A DNA stretch of 64,000 nucleotides, from positions 36,954-100,953 of the forward strand of contig WGLU01000003.1 of assembly GCA_016125375.1 (NCBI GenBank). The letters are read 5' to 3'. The notes beneath the pieces were generated by a model. The model was not told where the DNA came from. It worked only from the letters and a program-made list of their open reading frames with translations, and made no database searches. This DNA is from Pseudomonadota bacterium. GTDB taxonomy: Bacteria > Pseudomonadota > Alphaproteobacteria > UBA1280 > RI-95. Both the position numbers and the translations under genes were made by a program. Of this stretch, positions 1-8,817 are shown piece after piece (within the stretch, counting starts at the first letter, position 1; the number at the start of each line of letters is the position of its first letter).

Positions 1-216
1 TTCCTCCTGTTGGTCCTGCCCGTATCACTGGCGGGTTGGGGACTGCGCGAAGGCGCTGCTGTTGGGCTTTTTACGCTGGCTGGCGTTATGGATGCACCTG
101 CGGCACTTGCGGTATCGCTTGTCTATGGTGTGGTGACGCTGGCAACGGCGGTGCCGGGGGGTGTCTTCTGGATAACTGACAGATCAAGGTTGGTTGCGGC
201 CAAAGATGTCAGGTAA
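1..216 (+). CDS. C-terminal part of lysylphosphatidylglycerol-synthase TM region / flippase-like (UPF0104) membrane protein, truncated by window edge
   Basis: Hydrophobic ORF with the P-x-S-x-A-G-W-G-x-R-E motif (PVSLAGWGLREGA) typical of this family. Confidence 0.75.
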   Translation, partial: FLLLVLPVSLAGWGLREGAAVGLFTLAGVMDAPAALAVSLVYGVVTLATAVPGGVFWITDRSRLVAAKDVR

Positions 217-220
217 AAAC

Positions 221-249
221 AAAGTGGCGGGGCAAAAACCCCGCCATTT
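221..249. terminator. Bidirectional intrinsic terminator
   Basis: tggcgggg/ccccgcca stem with A/T flanks between convergent genes. Confidence 0.7.
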
Positions 250-272
250 GCGTTCAGGAAAATGTAAGGCGC

Positions 273-464
273 CTAAAACCTGCCGTCCGTCTGGTGCCGT
301 GCGGCGATGCGGTCTGTAAACCGCATGGGTTTTTCAGCTGGGGCTGCGGGGCGCTGTACGCTAAGCACATCTGCCTTGGCCTCGACGTTCTCTACCCAGC
401 CGAGCTTGCCTAAGGCATACGTGCCGAATATCGCAAAGAACGCAAATGTCAGGAGTGTGCGCAT
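273..464 (-). CDS. Small hypothetical protein with N-terminal signal/TM segment
   Basis: 63 aa, MRTLLTFAFFAIFGTYALG hydrophobic start, fills the gap and converges on the terminator. Confidence 0.5.
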   Translation of the reverse strand: MRTLLTFAFFAIFGTYALGKLGWVENVEAKADVLSVQRPAAPAEKPMRFTDRIAARHQTDGRF

Positions 465-547
465 TCAGGGCCCTTTATTTTCTTTTTATCCCTTTTGCCG
501 GATAGGTTAGTATCTGGCCTTACACACCTTTATGGAGTCGTATACAA

Positions 548-1909
548 ATGGATAACGGACAGGCGTCAGACATGTTGGAAAACCAAATGAATGCGCCGTA
601 TATCAACGTACTGGACCAAATTGACCACGCGGCTGTTCTTGCCCCGCGTGTGGCACGTATTCGCCGACTGCGCGGCTACATCCGGCGTTTGTGGCCAAAT
701 GGTCACCCGACGCGTTTTGTCCATGTATCGGGCACCAATGGTAAGGGCTCGGTAAGCCGTTTTCTGGAAACCGGATTCTCCCTGCTCGGGACCGCTGGTT
801 CCTACACGGGGCCGCACCTGTACGACTACCGTGACCGTTTCAGCGTGAATGGCCGTGCCGTTACGCCGGCCGAAGTAACTCTGGCGTGGGAAGAGGTGGT
901 TTGGCCTCTGTGCGTGGAACTGGCAGAAACCAACCCGGAACATATCCCGGACTACAGCATGTGCGGCATTTTGCTGGCTCTGGTCCTGTTCGACCGCCGC
1001 GGTGTGCAATGGGCAGCCATGGAAACCGGATGCGGCGGCCGCTATGATGGCCGTATGGCGCTTGATGTCGAAGCGACCGTGCTGACCAACGTCGGCGACG
1101 ACCACCCGGGTACGCTGGGCGATACCCGCTGGCAGCGTGCCATCGAGAAGGCAGGTTCCGCCCGTAAAGACGTGCCTATGTTTATTGGCGATATTGAAGA
1201 TGAAGAGGGCGAGGCTGTTCGCCAGATATGCGCTCATATCGGCGCACCGCTGCATACCGTTGGCAAACGCCGTGCCCAGTCCCTGAGGGCGGAGCTTAAA
1301 GCGGCATACCCCAAGGGTCTGCCCGCTAACTCCATGCTGCACAGTGACCACCAGCTGGCCAATGCGGCACTCGCCATTTCCGTTGTTGCCCGTCTGGCGC
1401 CTCAGGTGAGCCGTCCGGACATGCTGGAAAAACTGGCAGGCATGACCTACGAAGGCCGATTCCAGCAAATTGAAAGCGGTGTCTATGTGGATGTGGCGCA
1501 CAACCCCAACAAGGTTGCCGCGCTGATGCATGATGTGCGTATCCGTTTGGGTAATGCCCGTGTGGCCTATGTGCTGGGGATGAGCGAAAGCCGCCATGCC
1601 GGTGCCATGTTTGCCGATCTGGCCGCGAGTGCCGTACACCTTGTTGTGACCGAGGGGAGCTTTAAAGCGACACCGGCAGAAGAGGTTGCGGCGATTATCC
1701 GGACCCTGAACCCTAAAATACCTGTGGAAGTGATTACCGACCCGCGCGCCGCTGTTGCCCGGGCCAAAGAGGTCAAACATCACGGTGGCGCGGATGCCGT
1801 TGTTGTGACAGGCTCTACCTATATGCTGGACGCCGCCTTCAATACCGACCCCTACATGCGCAAAATCAACAGCAGCTATGGCTGGCGGTTTGACAAACCT
1901 GCCGCCTGA
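548..1909 (+). CDS. Divergent FolC-like (folylpolyglutamate synthase / Mur ligase family) ATP-dependent ligase
   Basis: SGTNGKGS P-loop, YTGPHL, ETGCGGRYD, DDH..LG, EKAG, HQLANAALA, GRFQ, DVAHNP, TGSTY; true start could be 572 or 587. Confidence 0.85.
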   Translation: MDNGQASDMLENQMNAPYINVLDQIDHAAVLAPRVARIRRLRGYIRRLWPNGHPTRFVHVSGTNGKGSVSRFLETGFSLLGTAGSYTGPHLYDYRDRFSVNGRAVTPAEVTLAWEEVVWPLCVELAETNPEHIPDYSMCGILLALVLFDRRGVQWAAMETGCGGRYDGRMALDVEATVLTNVGDDHPGTLGDTRWQRAIEKAGSARKDVPMFIGDIEDEEGEAVRQICAHIGAPLHTVGKRRAQSLRAELKAAYPKGLPANSMLHSDHQLANAALAISVVARLAPQVSRPDMLEKLAGMTYEGRFQQIESGVYVDVAHNPNKVAALMHDVRIRLGNARVAYVLGMSESRHAGAMFADLAASAVHLVVTEGSFKATPAEEVAAIIRTLNPKIPVEVITDPRAAVARAKEVKHHGGADAVVVTGSTYMLDAAFNTDPYMRKINSSYGWRFDKPAA

Positions 1910-2570
1910 GGCACTGCTCGCCCGGTGGCGCTGGCTGGATGCCCCGTACACGGCAGGCCGCGCCTGCGGCAGTGGTGATAGGTCTGTCCATACCTGTAAG
2001 CGTTCCGGTAAGCTGGCTCTGGCCAGTGTGCATGGCATTGCCCATTACAGCGGCCCTGCCGAGGATGACTACAAAAAACCCGATGCCTACACAGGTGGCC
2101 TGACCGAACTGGTTGCGGAGTTGGTCCCGTGCAGTGTTGTTGCCAACCGGCTGCGTGTGCCGGACATCAATCCTCATGCGGGCGAGGCCGAGGCAGAGCG
2201 GGTTCTCAAAGACTGGCAGCAACAAGGGGTGTGCCACATTCTGGATATTCATGGTGCCAAGGCCGATTGCGGTTTTGATATTGCCATAGGCACGGGTGGC
2301 GGCGTGACATCTGCACAACAGCCTATGATAGAACTGGTGGAAAAATGCGCCCGTGTACACGGCCTTGATTGTGCCCTGAATCCCCCTAATTATGCGGCCT
2401 TGGGGAGTGTTACCCTGACCCGCAGAATGCTGGATGCCAACTTTGATGGTATTTTACAGCTGGAAATATGCCGCACCAGCCGCCATCCTTTTAACGGAGA
2501 TCGGCGGGCGGCTACATTGGTGGCCTTCCTGACCCAGTTGGCAACCCTGTTAAATACCGAGAGTTTATGA
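1878..2570 (+). CDS. Zn-exopeptidase-fold amidohydrolase-like protein (N-formylglutamate amidohydrolase / poly-gamma-glutamate hydrolase-like)
   Basis: SVHG...YTGGL, ILDIHG, DIAIGTG and LQLEI motifs in family order; ATGA overlap with next gene; start uncertain. Confidence 0.55.
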   Translation: MAGGLTNLPPEALLARWRWLDAPYTAGRACGSGDRSVHTCKRSGKLALASVHGIAHYSGPAEDDYKKPDAYTGGLTELVAELVPCSVVANRLRVPDINPHAGEAEAERVLKDWQQQGVCHILDIHGAKADCGFDIAIGTGGGVTSAQQPMIELVEKCARVHGLDCALNPPNYAALGSVTLTRRMLDANFDGILQLEICRTSRHPFNGDRRAATLVAFLTQLATLLNTESL

Positions 2571-4201
2571 GCACAAAATCCACAGACTGGTGGCGTGGCG
2601 CCGTTATTTACCAAATCTATCCCCGCAGCTTTGCCGACAGTAACGGCGACGGTGTGGGCGACCTCAAAGGCATTACCGATAAACTGGACTATGTGGCCGC
2701 TCTGGGCGTGGACGGTATCTGGATTTCCCCCTTCTTCAAGTCACCGATGAAAGACTTCGGGTACGATGTTTCCAGTCATCGGGACGTCGACCCCATTTTC
2801 GGGACGAACGACGACTTTGATATTCTGCTGGCACGTGCCCATGAGTTGGGGCTAAAGGTTGTGATCGACCTCGTGCTCAGTCACACGTCGGAGGAACATC
2901 CGTGGTTCGTGGAGAGCCGAAAGGACCGGACAAATCCCAAGGCCGACTGGTATGTTTGGGCCGATCCGAAGCCGGACGGCAGCCCGCCCAACAACTGGTT
3001 CAGTGTGTTTGGCGGCAGTGCCTGGCAATGGGAACCCCGCCGTCAGCAGTATTATCTGCACAATTATCTGGTCAGCCAGCCGGACGTGAACTTCCATTGT
3101 CCTGCGGCCGTTGATGCGGTGATGGCGGATATGGAGTACTGGCTGCAAAAAGGGGTGGACGGTTTCCGCTTCGATGTGGTCAACGTCTATACCCACGATA
3201 AAGAAATGCGCGACAACCCGGCCCGCAAAGCCAGTGACCCGTCGTTCGATAACATCAGCAGCAACAACCCCTATACGTATCAGCGGCATCTTTATGACAA
3301 GTCGCGTCCGGAGAACCTGAAAATCCTGAACCGGATGCGGGCGCTGATGGATAAATACGGCGCATCCTCGGTCGGGGAGATTTCCGACGATGACAGCATC
3401 AACCGCGCTGCGGAATACACCGCTGGCAAAGGCCGTCTGCACATGGCCTATAACACCTACATGCTGCGTGACAAGTTTGGTGCTGCGCTGGTGGCTGACG
3501 GGATTAAACTGACCGAGGCAGCCTTTACCGACGGCTGGCCCAGCTGGTCGTTCGGTAACCACGATGTGCCGCGCGTAGCAACACGCTGGGGGGGCGAAGA
3601 CCCGTCCGGCGGTTTTCTAAGGGCATTGCTGGCATTGCAGCTTGCCTTGCGTGGTTCGGTCTTCATTTATCAGGGCGAGGAGCTTGGTCTGCCGGATGTG
3701 GATGTGCCTTACCACCTGTTGCGGGACCCGTTCGGCAAGACCTTCTGGCCCGAGTACAAGGGGCGGGACGGTTGCCGCACACCCATGCCGTGGATTGGTC
3801 ATGCAGAACAGGCCGGCTTTACCACGGGTCAGCCGTGGCTGCCGATACCGGACGAACACCGGGCCCGGGCAGTAGAGGTGCAGGAGGCCGATGAAGGGGC
3901 ACTGCTCCATGCCTACCGGCATATGCTCAAGTGGCGTAAAACCAGACCCGAACTGGTTACGGGCAGTATCAGGTTGGTTGGTGTGGAAGAGCCGCTGATC
4001 GCCTTTACCCGAACATACGGCAGTACGGAGCTGTTGGTGGTTATCAATCTTGGTCCTAGTGCCACCACATACAATGTAACGGATATTGGCGCACTGACGC
4101 CTGTCACAGACCACGGCCTGCCACAAGGCAAGCAGAACGGAAACCGTCTGGAACTGGGCGGTTACGAAGTGTTTTTCGCAACCCTGAAGAAGGAGAAGTA
4201 A
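2567..4201 (+). CDS. aglA: GH13 alpha-glucosidase
   Basis: WWRGAVIYQIYPRSFADSNGDGVGDL, DGFRFD, NHDVPR, YQGEELG, RDGCRTPMPW. Confidence 0.93.
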   Translation: MSTKSTDWWRGAVIYQIYPRSFADSNGDGVGDLKGITDKLDYVAALGVDGIWISPFFKSPMKDFGYDVSSHRDVDPIFGTNDDFDILLARAHELGLKVVIDLVLSHTSEEHPWFVESRKDRTNPKADWYVWADPKPDGSPPNNWFSVFGGSAWQWEPRRQQYYLHNYLVSQPDVNFHCPAAVDAVMADMEYWLQKGVDGFRFDVVNVYTHDKEMRDNPARKASDPSFDNISSNNPYTYQRHLYDKSRPENLKILNRMRALMDKYGASSVGEISDDDSINRAAEYTAGKGRLHMAYNTYMLRDKFGAALVADGIKLTEAAFTDGWPSWSFGNHDVPRVATRWGGEDPSGGFLRALLALQLALRGSVFIYQGEELGLPDVDVPYHLLRDPFGKTFWPEYKGRDGCRTPMPWIGHAEQAGFTTGQPWLPIPDEHRARAVEVQEADEGALLHAYRHMLKWRKTRPELVTGSIRLVGVEEPLIAFTRTYGSTELLVVINLGPSATTYNVTDIGALTPVTDHGLPQGKQNGNRLELGGYEVFFATLKKEK

Positions 4202-4202
4202 C

Positions 4203-5132
4203 ATGACGCATCTGGTCGCAGATTTGGGCGGTACCAACATCCGCCTGGCACTGGCAACCGAAGATGGTCTGAAGAAAGGCTCCACCCGACGCTATGCGGT
4301 GGCGGATTTCGCCAGTCTGGAAGATACATGCCGCGCTTATTTGAAGGGTATTGGCCATAGTGGCAAGGTTGGCAAAGCCTGTCTGGCTGTTGCCGCGCCC
4401 GTGCAGGAAGGCAAGGTACGGATGACAAACCACCACTGGCGGTTCAGCCGCCGTAGCGTGTGTGCGGCCGTCGGTGCCTCCAAAACGGTTTTCCTGAACG
4501 ACTGGGAGGCGATTGGTTATGGTGCATCCCTGCTGACACCGGACCACTATGTCGATTTGCTGGATGGCAGGCCCGTGCGCGAGGGCTGTGTTGTCATGTG
4601 CGGTCCCGGTACGGGGTTGGGTACGGTGATTGTCCATCCGGTTAACGGTCATCCGACAGTGATTCCATCCGAAGCGGCGCACATGACTTTTACACCGCGC
4701 AGTCCGCACCAGAAACTGATCGGGGAGTTCCTCAAGGCCAAGTTCGGCCACGTATCGTGGGAGCGTGTCCTCTCCGGTCCCGGTCTGGCGGATGCCTATC
4801 AGGCACTGTCCGGCGAGCGGACCTCGCCCGAAGATGTGACGCGCCGGGCACAAACTGGCGAGCAGTTGGCGCTCAAGGTTGTGGAGATTTTTGCCGAGAG
4901 CCTGGCCCACTACGCTGCCAACCTGACATTGACTGTTCTTGCACAGGGCGGTGTTTATCTGGGTGGGGGGGTGCTGCCGCACATCCGGCCCCTGATTAAT
5001 ATCCGTGCCTTCGATCAGGCCTTTACCGACAAGGGCCGTTACGCCAAGTACCTGACCACCATCCCTGTGAGGGTGCTGACAACGCCGGAGCCTGCACTTA
5101 TCGGGGCTGCGGGTTACCTGCACAGAATGTAA
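4203..5132 (+). CDS. glk: Glucokinase
   Basis: ADLGGTNIRL, LNDWEA, GPGTGLG, PSEAAH, ERVLSGPGL, GGVYLGGG, F.DKGR. Confidence 0.92.
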   Translation: MTHLVADLGGTNIRLALATEDGLKKGSTRRYAVADFASLEDTCRAYLKGIGHSGKVGKACLAVAAPVQEGKVRMTNHHWRFSRRSVCAAVGASKTVFLNDWEAIGYGASLLTPDHYVDLLDGRPVREGCVVMCGPGTGLGTVIVHPVNGHPTVIPSEAAHMTFTPRSPHQKLIGEFLKAKFGHVSWERVLSGPGLADAYQALSGERTSPEDVTRRAQTGEQLALKVVEIFAESLAHYAANLTLTVLAQGGVYLGGGVLPHIRPLINIRAFDQAFTDKGRYAKYLTTIPVRVLTTPEPALIGAAGYLHRM

Positions 5133-5160
5133 AAAAACCGCCCCTTCCGGGGCGGTTTTT
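5133..5160. terminator. Bidirectional intrinsic terminator
   Basis: aaaaaccgcccc-ttcc-ggggcggttttt. Confidence 0.85.
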
Positions 5161-5163
5161 CCG

Positions 5164-5805
5164 TTAGAACAGACCGCCGATCAGCAGGCCGAGCGCCAAA
5201 GCGCCTACCAGCCAGAACCAGCGGTTGCGGTAGAAGGTACCGGCCTTGCGGACATAGCGCAGCATCTCGACCGAGTTGGCGATGTCCTCGCGCGCGTCGT
5301 GCTGGGCACGGCTGCGGCCAAGGAACGTGACATGATCGTCGGAGCTGGCCAGATCGAAGGCCACAAAGCCCGCGGTGAAGGCATCCACCTGGCGGGTGAT
5401 GATGGCACCGCGGAAGCCGATCTCTGCGAACAGCTGGCGCAGGTAGGCCGTGTCGAAGTTGGGATTGTGCGCGCCGATGAGGATCTTCGGCTTGGCGCCC
5501 ATGTGCTTCTCGAGGAAGTCGACCACCATGCGGGCCGCTTCGGCCAGCGTCGGCTTGTCGGACAGGCCCTGAATGCTCAGGCCGTGAACCAGCGCAGCCT
5601 CGACGCTCCAGTTGAAGCGGGTGGCGTCGAACTGGATCTCGGTATAGAAGCGGTGGGCCGTCTTGAGGGTCTTGGTGTCCACCAGCTCGATGGCGATGCT
5701 GATGCACTGACCCGGCAGCGTTGCGCCCTTGGAGGGCTTGTCGGGATTGAGGTCGGAGGACTCCACGTCCAGCGCCACAATGAAGGGCGGAAGGGTGTAG
5801 GCCAT
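5164..5805 (-). CDS. DEDDh 3'-5' exonuclease with C-terminal transmembrane tail
   Basis: ALDVES (ExoI), HNPNFD (ExoII), HDARED (ExoIII); ends WFWLVGALALGLLIGGLF; ATG at 5805 after an AGGA SD. Confidence 0.85.
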   Translation of the reverse strand: MAYTLPPFIVALDVESSDLNPDKPSKGATLPGQCISIAIELVDTKTLKTAHRFYTEIQFDATRFNWSVEAALVHGLSIQGLSDKPTLAEAARMVVDFLEKHMGAKPKILIGAHNPNFDTAYLRQLFAEIGFRGAIITRQVDAFTAGFVAFDLASSDDHVTFLGRSRAQHDAREDIANSVEMLRYVRKAGTFYRNRWFWLVGALALGLLIGGLF

Positions 5806-5919
5806 GTTGAATATCCTGTATGTGTCAGGAACAGAGGTTCCGAAAGGGACGAAAAGGAAAGGATAGGTTATTCTGTACGAAACAGAGTCCGAACGTACCA
5901 CAAACAAAAAGCACCCACA

Positions 5920-6858
5920 ATGCTCGTACGCCTGCTGCTCCCGCTTTTGCTTTGTCTGTTCGCACAGACGGCATACGCGCGCCAGCTGGGCTGGAAGGCC
6001 GATACCAGCGGCTACTACGCCCGCTATACCATCAGCTGGCAGGACTTTGCCGGCCAGTCGCAAACGCTCTCGTTCGAGGTGGAAAACAATTACGTCGAGC
6101 AGGCGCAGCAGGACTCTCGCAAACTGGATACCCGCGCCGCCATGCAGGCAGCTTACGTAAAAGCCGTGAAAGAAGCGCGACGTGCCGAGCGCAAGGGGGT
6201 TTCCGTACAGGTTATTCCCAACGGCGGGAACCTCAGCTTTCAGGCTTCAGGTCCTGACGAACGGACGGTTGACCGGGAGCTGGAGCGCATCCGCCGTCTT
6301 GCCAACAAGGAAATGGAAAGCTACCTGCAGGAGCATAACTACACGATAGAAGGCAACGCGATAGAAACGGATTATGCAAAAGTTTCCCGTGCCAACTACT
6401 TTGCCATGCGGCCGCTTGCCCGGGCGATTCAGGAGCAGACGCGGGGTATGGATATGCGCAGCGTGATGGACTACACCCTCGCGTTTTTGCAGAGCATTCC
6501 CTACAGCACCTATCAGCCGCGACCGGGTGACCGGACGACCGCTATCTTCAATACGCCTTTGAGGTTGATTGCCAATAACAAGGGCGATTGCGACGATAAG
6601 AGCCTCGCATTTGGGACGCTCCTTAAAATCATGTATCCATCTTTGACTATCGCCTTGGTGCTTGTGCCCGAACATGCCTTTGTGGCTGTGGAGGTGCCGA
6701 CGCAACCCGGTGATACGATTTTGCGCGATGGCGGCCATACCTATGTATTGGCCGAGCCTGTGGGGCCGGACTATTACGCCTTTGGCCGTATTGCCGCATC
6801 CAGTGCCCAGTTGACCAGGCAGGGGTATACCTTAAGGCCTGTTCCTGACCGCTATTGA
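5920..6858 (+). CDS. Secreted transglutaminase-like cysteine peptidase-fold protein
   Basis: Signal peptide MLVRLLLPLLLCLFAQTAYA; QSIPY, GDCDDKS, EHAFVAV, LAEP (Cys-His-acid triad pattern). Confidence 0.75.
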   Translation: MLVRLLLPLLLCLFAQTAYARQLGWKADTSGYYARYTISWQDFAGQSQTLSFEVENNYVEQAQQDSRKLDTRAAMQAAYVKAVKEARRAERKGVSVQVIPNGGNLSFQASGPDERTVDRELERIRRLANKEMESYLQEHNYTIEGNAIETDYAKVSRANYFAMRPLARAIQEQTRGMDMRSVMDYTLAFLQSIPYSTYQPRPGDRTTAIFNTPLRLIANNKGDCDDKSLAFGTLLKIMYPSLTIALVLVPEHAFVAVEVPTQPGDTILRDGGHTYVLAEPVGPDYYAFGRIAASSAQLTRQGYTLRPVPDRY

Positions 6859-6883
6859 TTCCCCGTCTGCGCTCCGCTACACT
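6855..6883 (+). promoter_or_regulatory. Sigma70-type promoter for the J-domain gene
   Basis: TTGATT-N17-TACACT. Confidence 0.6.
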
Positions 6884-6937
6884 GCGCCGACTTCTTTCCG
6901 CTGTTCCTTTTCTCCTTCTCCGTGATGGGAGGACGCT

Positions 6938-7765
6938 ATGTCCGATCCCTATACCGTACTGGGCATCAAACCCGGTGCGTCCGAGGCCGATATCAAGGCC
7001 GCATGGCGCCGCTTGGCGCAGCAATATCACCCTGACCGTAATCAGGGCAGCAAAGCCGCCGAGGACAAATTCAAGGAAATCCAGGCTGCCTACGACCTGC
7101 TGAAGAAGGCGGGCTACAAGCCGTCGTCCGGCACCACAGGTGCTACGGCAGGCCAACAGATGGAAGGGTTTTCCTTCTCCGCTGCCGAAATCGAGGCGCT
7201 GGACAGCATCATCCGCCATACGGGTGCCGTGCCCAACGTGTACAGCCGTATGCATGCCTTGCAGCTGTGCATCGAAAGTGGTGCGCTGTGGGCCGAACGG
7301 ATGGCCAGCAATGCCTCTGCGAAGATGTGCTACACCGAGCGGGGGCTGTTTGGCCGGACGTTTACCTACAACGTTCACGACTTTGCGGCTTCCTATGTTT
7401 CCCAGCTGGGGACGCATGGCGGTACCTTTGTGCCGCTGGGTGCGCTGAGCGATCGTGGCCGTGCGACGTTGCCCAGCCTGTGCAGGCTCGCCCGTCAACC
7501 GGTGACGCCAGCCGCACAGCGGCACGCTGCCGGTATGCTCATCCAGCTGACGGCTGAAATGATGAGCCGTCACGCCAAGGGGGGGGATGTCTTCCTGCGT
7601 GTGCCTACCGGCGACGGTAATGCCATCCTTTACCGGATGCCGCTGTGGACGTGGATGACGGAATCTCTCAACGCCAAGGCGAGTGACTGGCAAAAGACCA
7701 GTCCCCACAAAAGAACGTGGTGGCGCGCGCTTATGGTCATCGCCGGATTGAAAATAAAACCCTGA
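6938..7765 (+). CDS. J-domain (type III DnaJ-like) protein with unknown C-terminal domain
   Basis: DPYTVLGI...YHPDRN...[20 protein letters not shown]. Confidence 0.85.
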   Translation: MSDPYTVLGIKPGASEADIKAAWRRLAQQYHPDRNQGSKAAEDKFKEIQAAYDLLKKAGYKPSSGTTGATAGQQMEGFSFSAAEIEALDSIIRHTGAVPNVYSRMHALQLCIESGALWAERMASNASAKMCYTERGLFGRTFTYNVHDFAASYVSQLGTHGGTFVPLGALSDRGRATLPSLCRLARQPVTPAAQRHAAGMLIQLTAEMMSRHAKGGDVFLRVPTGDGNAILYRMPLWTWMTESLNAKASDWQKTSPHKRTWWRALMVIAGLKIKP

Positions 7766-7773
7766 CAAACGAT

Positions 7774-7802
7774 AAACCACCCCGTGCAGGGGTGGTTTTT
7801 TT
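7774..7802 (+). terminator. Intrinsic terminator
   Basis: aaaccacccc-gtgca-ggggtggttttttt. Confidence 0.85.
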
Positions 7803-7833
7803 ATGATATGTACACAAAAGCGATACTTGGGCG

Positions 7834-7862
7834 TTGACAGGGGCAACCCTTTCGCCTATACA
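7834..7862 (+). promoter_or_regulatory. Sigma70 promoter of rplU-rpmA
   Basis: TTGACA-N17-TATACA. Confidence 0.8.
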
Positions 7863-7937
7863 AGCTAGACCGAGCGAGGGCTCGAAGCGCGTTTTATCGC
7901 GGTTTTATAACGATTTTTAAGCAAGAGTGATTTGAAG

Positions 7938-8447
7938 ATGTACGCAATCGTCAAATGTGGTGGCAAACAGATCAAGGTGCAGGCGGGCGACATTCTGCGT
8001 GTAGAGCGCATGGAAAGCACCCCGGGTGAAGTCGTAACCCTGGACCAAGTCCTGCTGGTCGGCGAAGGTGATAAAGTAACCGTGGGTACCCCGCTGGTAA
8101 GTGGCGCTAAAGTTTCTGCCGCTGTTATCGACCAGATTCGCGACAAGAAAGTCATCATTTTCAAGAAAAAACGCCGTCAGAACTACCGCCGCAAAAAAGG
8201 CCATCGCCAGTTCCTGACCGTGCTGCATGTTACCGAAATCGCTGCTGGTGGCAAAACTGCCAAGTCCGAGCGTAAGGTAGAAGTTAAGGCAGCTGCCGCC
8301 AAGCCTGCAAAGGCTGCTGCAGCTAAAGCAGCTAAACCGGCCGCCGCCAAGGCTGCCGCTCCGGCCAAAAAGGCCGCTGCTGCCGAAAAAACAACCGCTA
8401 CAGCTAAAAAGCCTGCCGCTAAAAAAGCAGCAGCTAAAAAAGCTTAA
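7938..8447 (+). CDS. rplU: 50S ribosomal protein bL21 with Lys/Ala-rich C-terminal extension
   Basis: MYAIVKCGGKQ...KVIIFKKKRRQNYRRKKGHRQ; followed by rpmA. Confidence 0.97.
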   Translation: MYAIVKCGGKQIKVQAGDILRVERMESTPGEVVTLDQVLLVGEGDKVTVGTPLVSGAKVSAAVIDQIRDKKVIIFKKKRRQNYRRKKGHRQFLTVLHVTEIAAGGKTAKSERKVEVKAAAAKPAKAAAAKAAKPAAAKAAAPAKKAAAAEKTTATAKKPAAKKAAAKKA

Positions 8448-8483
8448 GTAGTGTTGGCATAAGTTTTAAAGGAGAGTTGACCG

Positions 8484-8732
8484 ATGGCTCATAAAAAAGC
8501 TGGTGGTAGTTCCAAAAACGGCCGCGACTCCGCTGGTCGTCGTCTGGGTGTAAAAAAATTCGGTGGCGAAGCTGTTGTCCCCGGTAACATCATCGTCCGT
8601 CAGCGTGGCACCAAGTTCCACCCTGGCACCAACGTAGGCATGGGCAAGGATCACACCCTGTTCGCCCTGTCTGCTGGCGAAGTGAAGTTCGAAACCGGTT
8701 ACAAAAACCGCACGTTCATCACCATCGTCTAA
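8484..8732 (+). CDS. rpmA: 50S ribosomal protein bL27
   Basis: [24 protein letters not shown]. Confidence 0.98.
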   Translation: MAHKKAGGSSKNGRDSAGRRLGVKKFGGEAVVPGNIIVRQRGTKFHPGTNVGMGKDHTLFALSAGEVKFETGYKNRTFITIV

Positions 8733-8752
8733 GTCTGGACGCTTGACAGATT

Positions 8753-8785
8753 GCAAGGGGGTCACTTAAGGTGGCCTCCTTTTGC
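8753..8785 (+). terminator. Probable terminator/attenuator after rpmA
   Basis: gcaagggggtcac-ttaag-gtggcctccttttgc hairpin. Confidence 0.55.
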
Positions 8786-8817
8786 GTGTCAGGCAACCGG
8801 CTATTGGAGGGTGAAAA

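Noticed and set aside
566..2038. Long antisense ORFs (also 15339-16967, 32122-33762, 33332-34513, 42545-43591, 55014-56261)
   Set aside because: They mirror well-supported genes on the other strand and lack recognisable features
5299..6063. Apparent head-to-head overlap of the 519-aa and 299-aa ORFs
   Set aside because: Better starts at 5920(+) and 5805(-) remove the overlap
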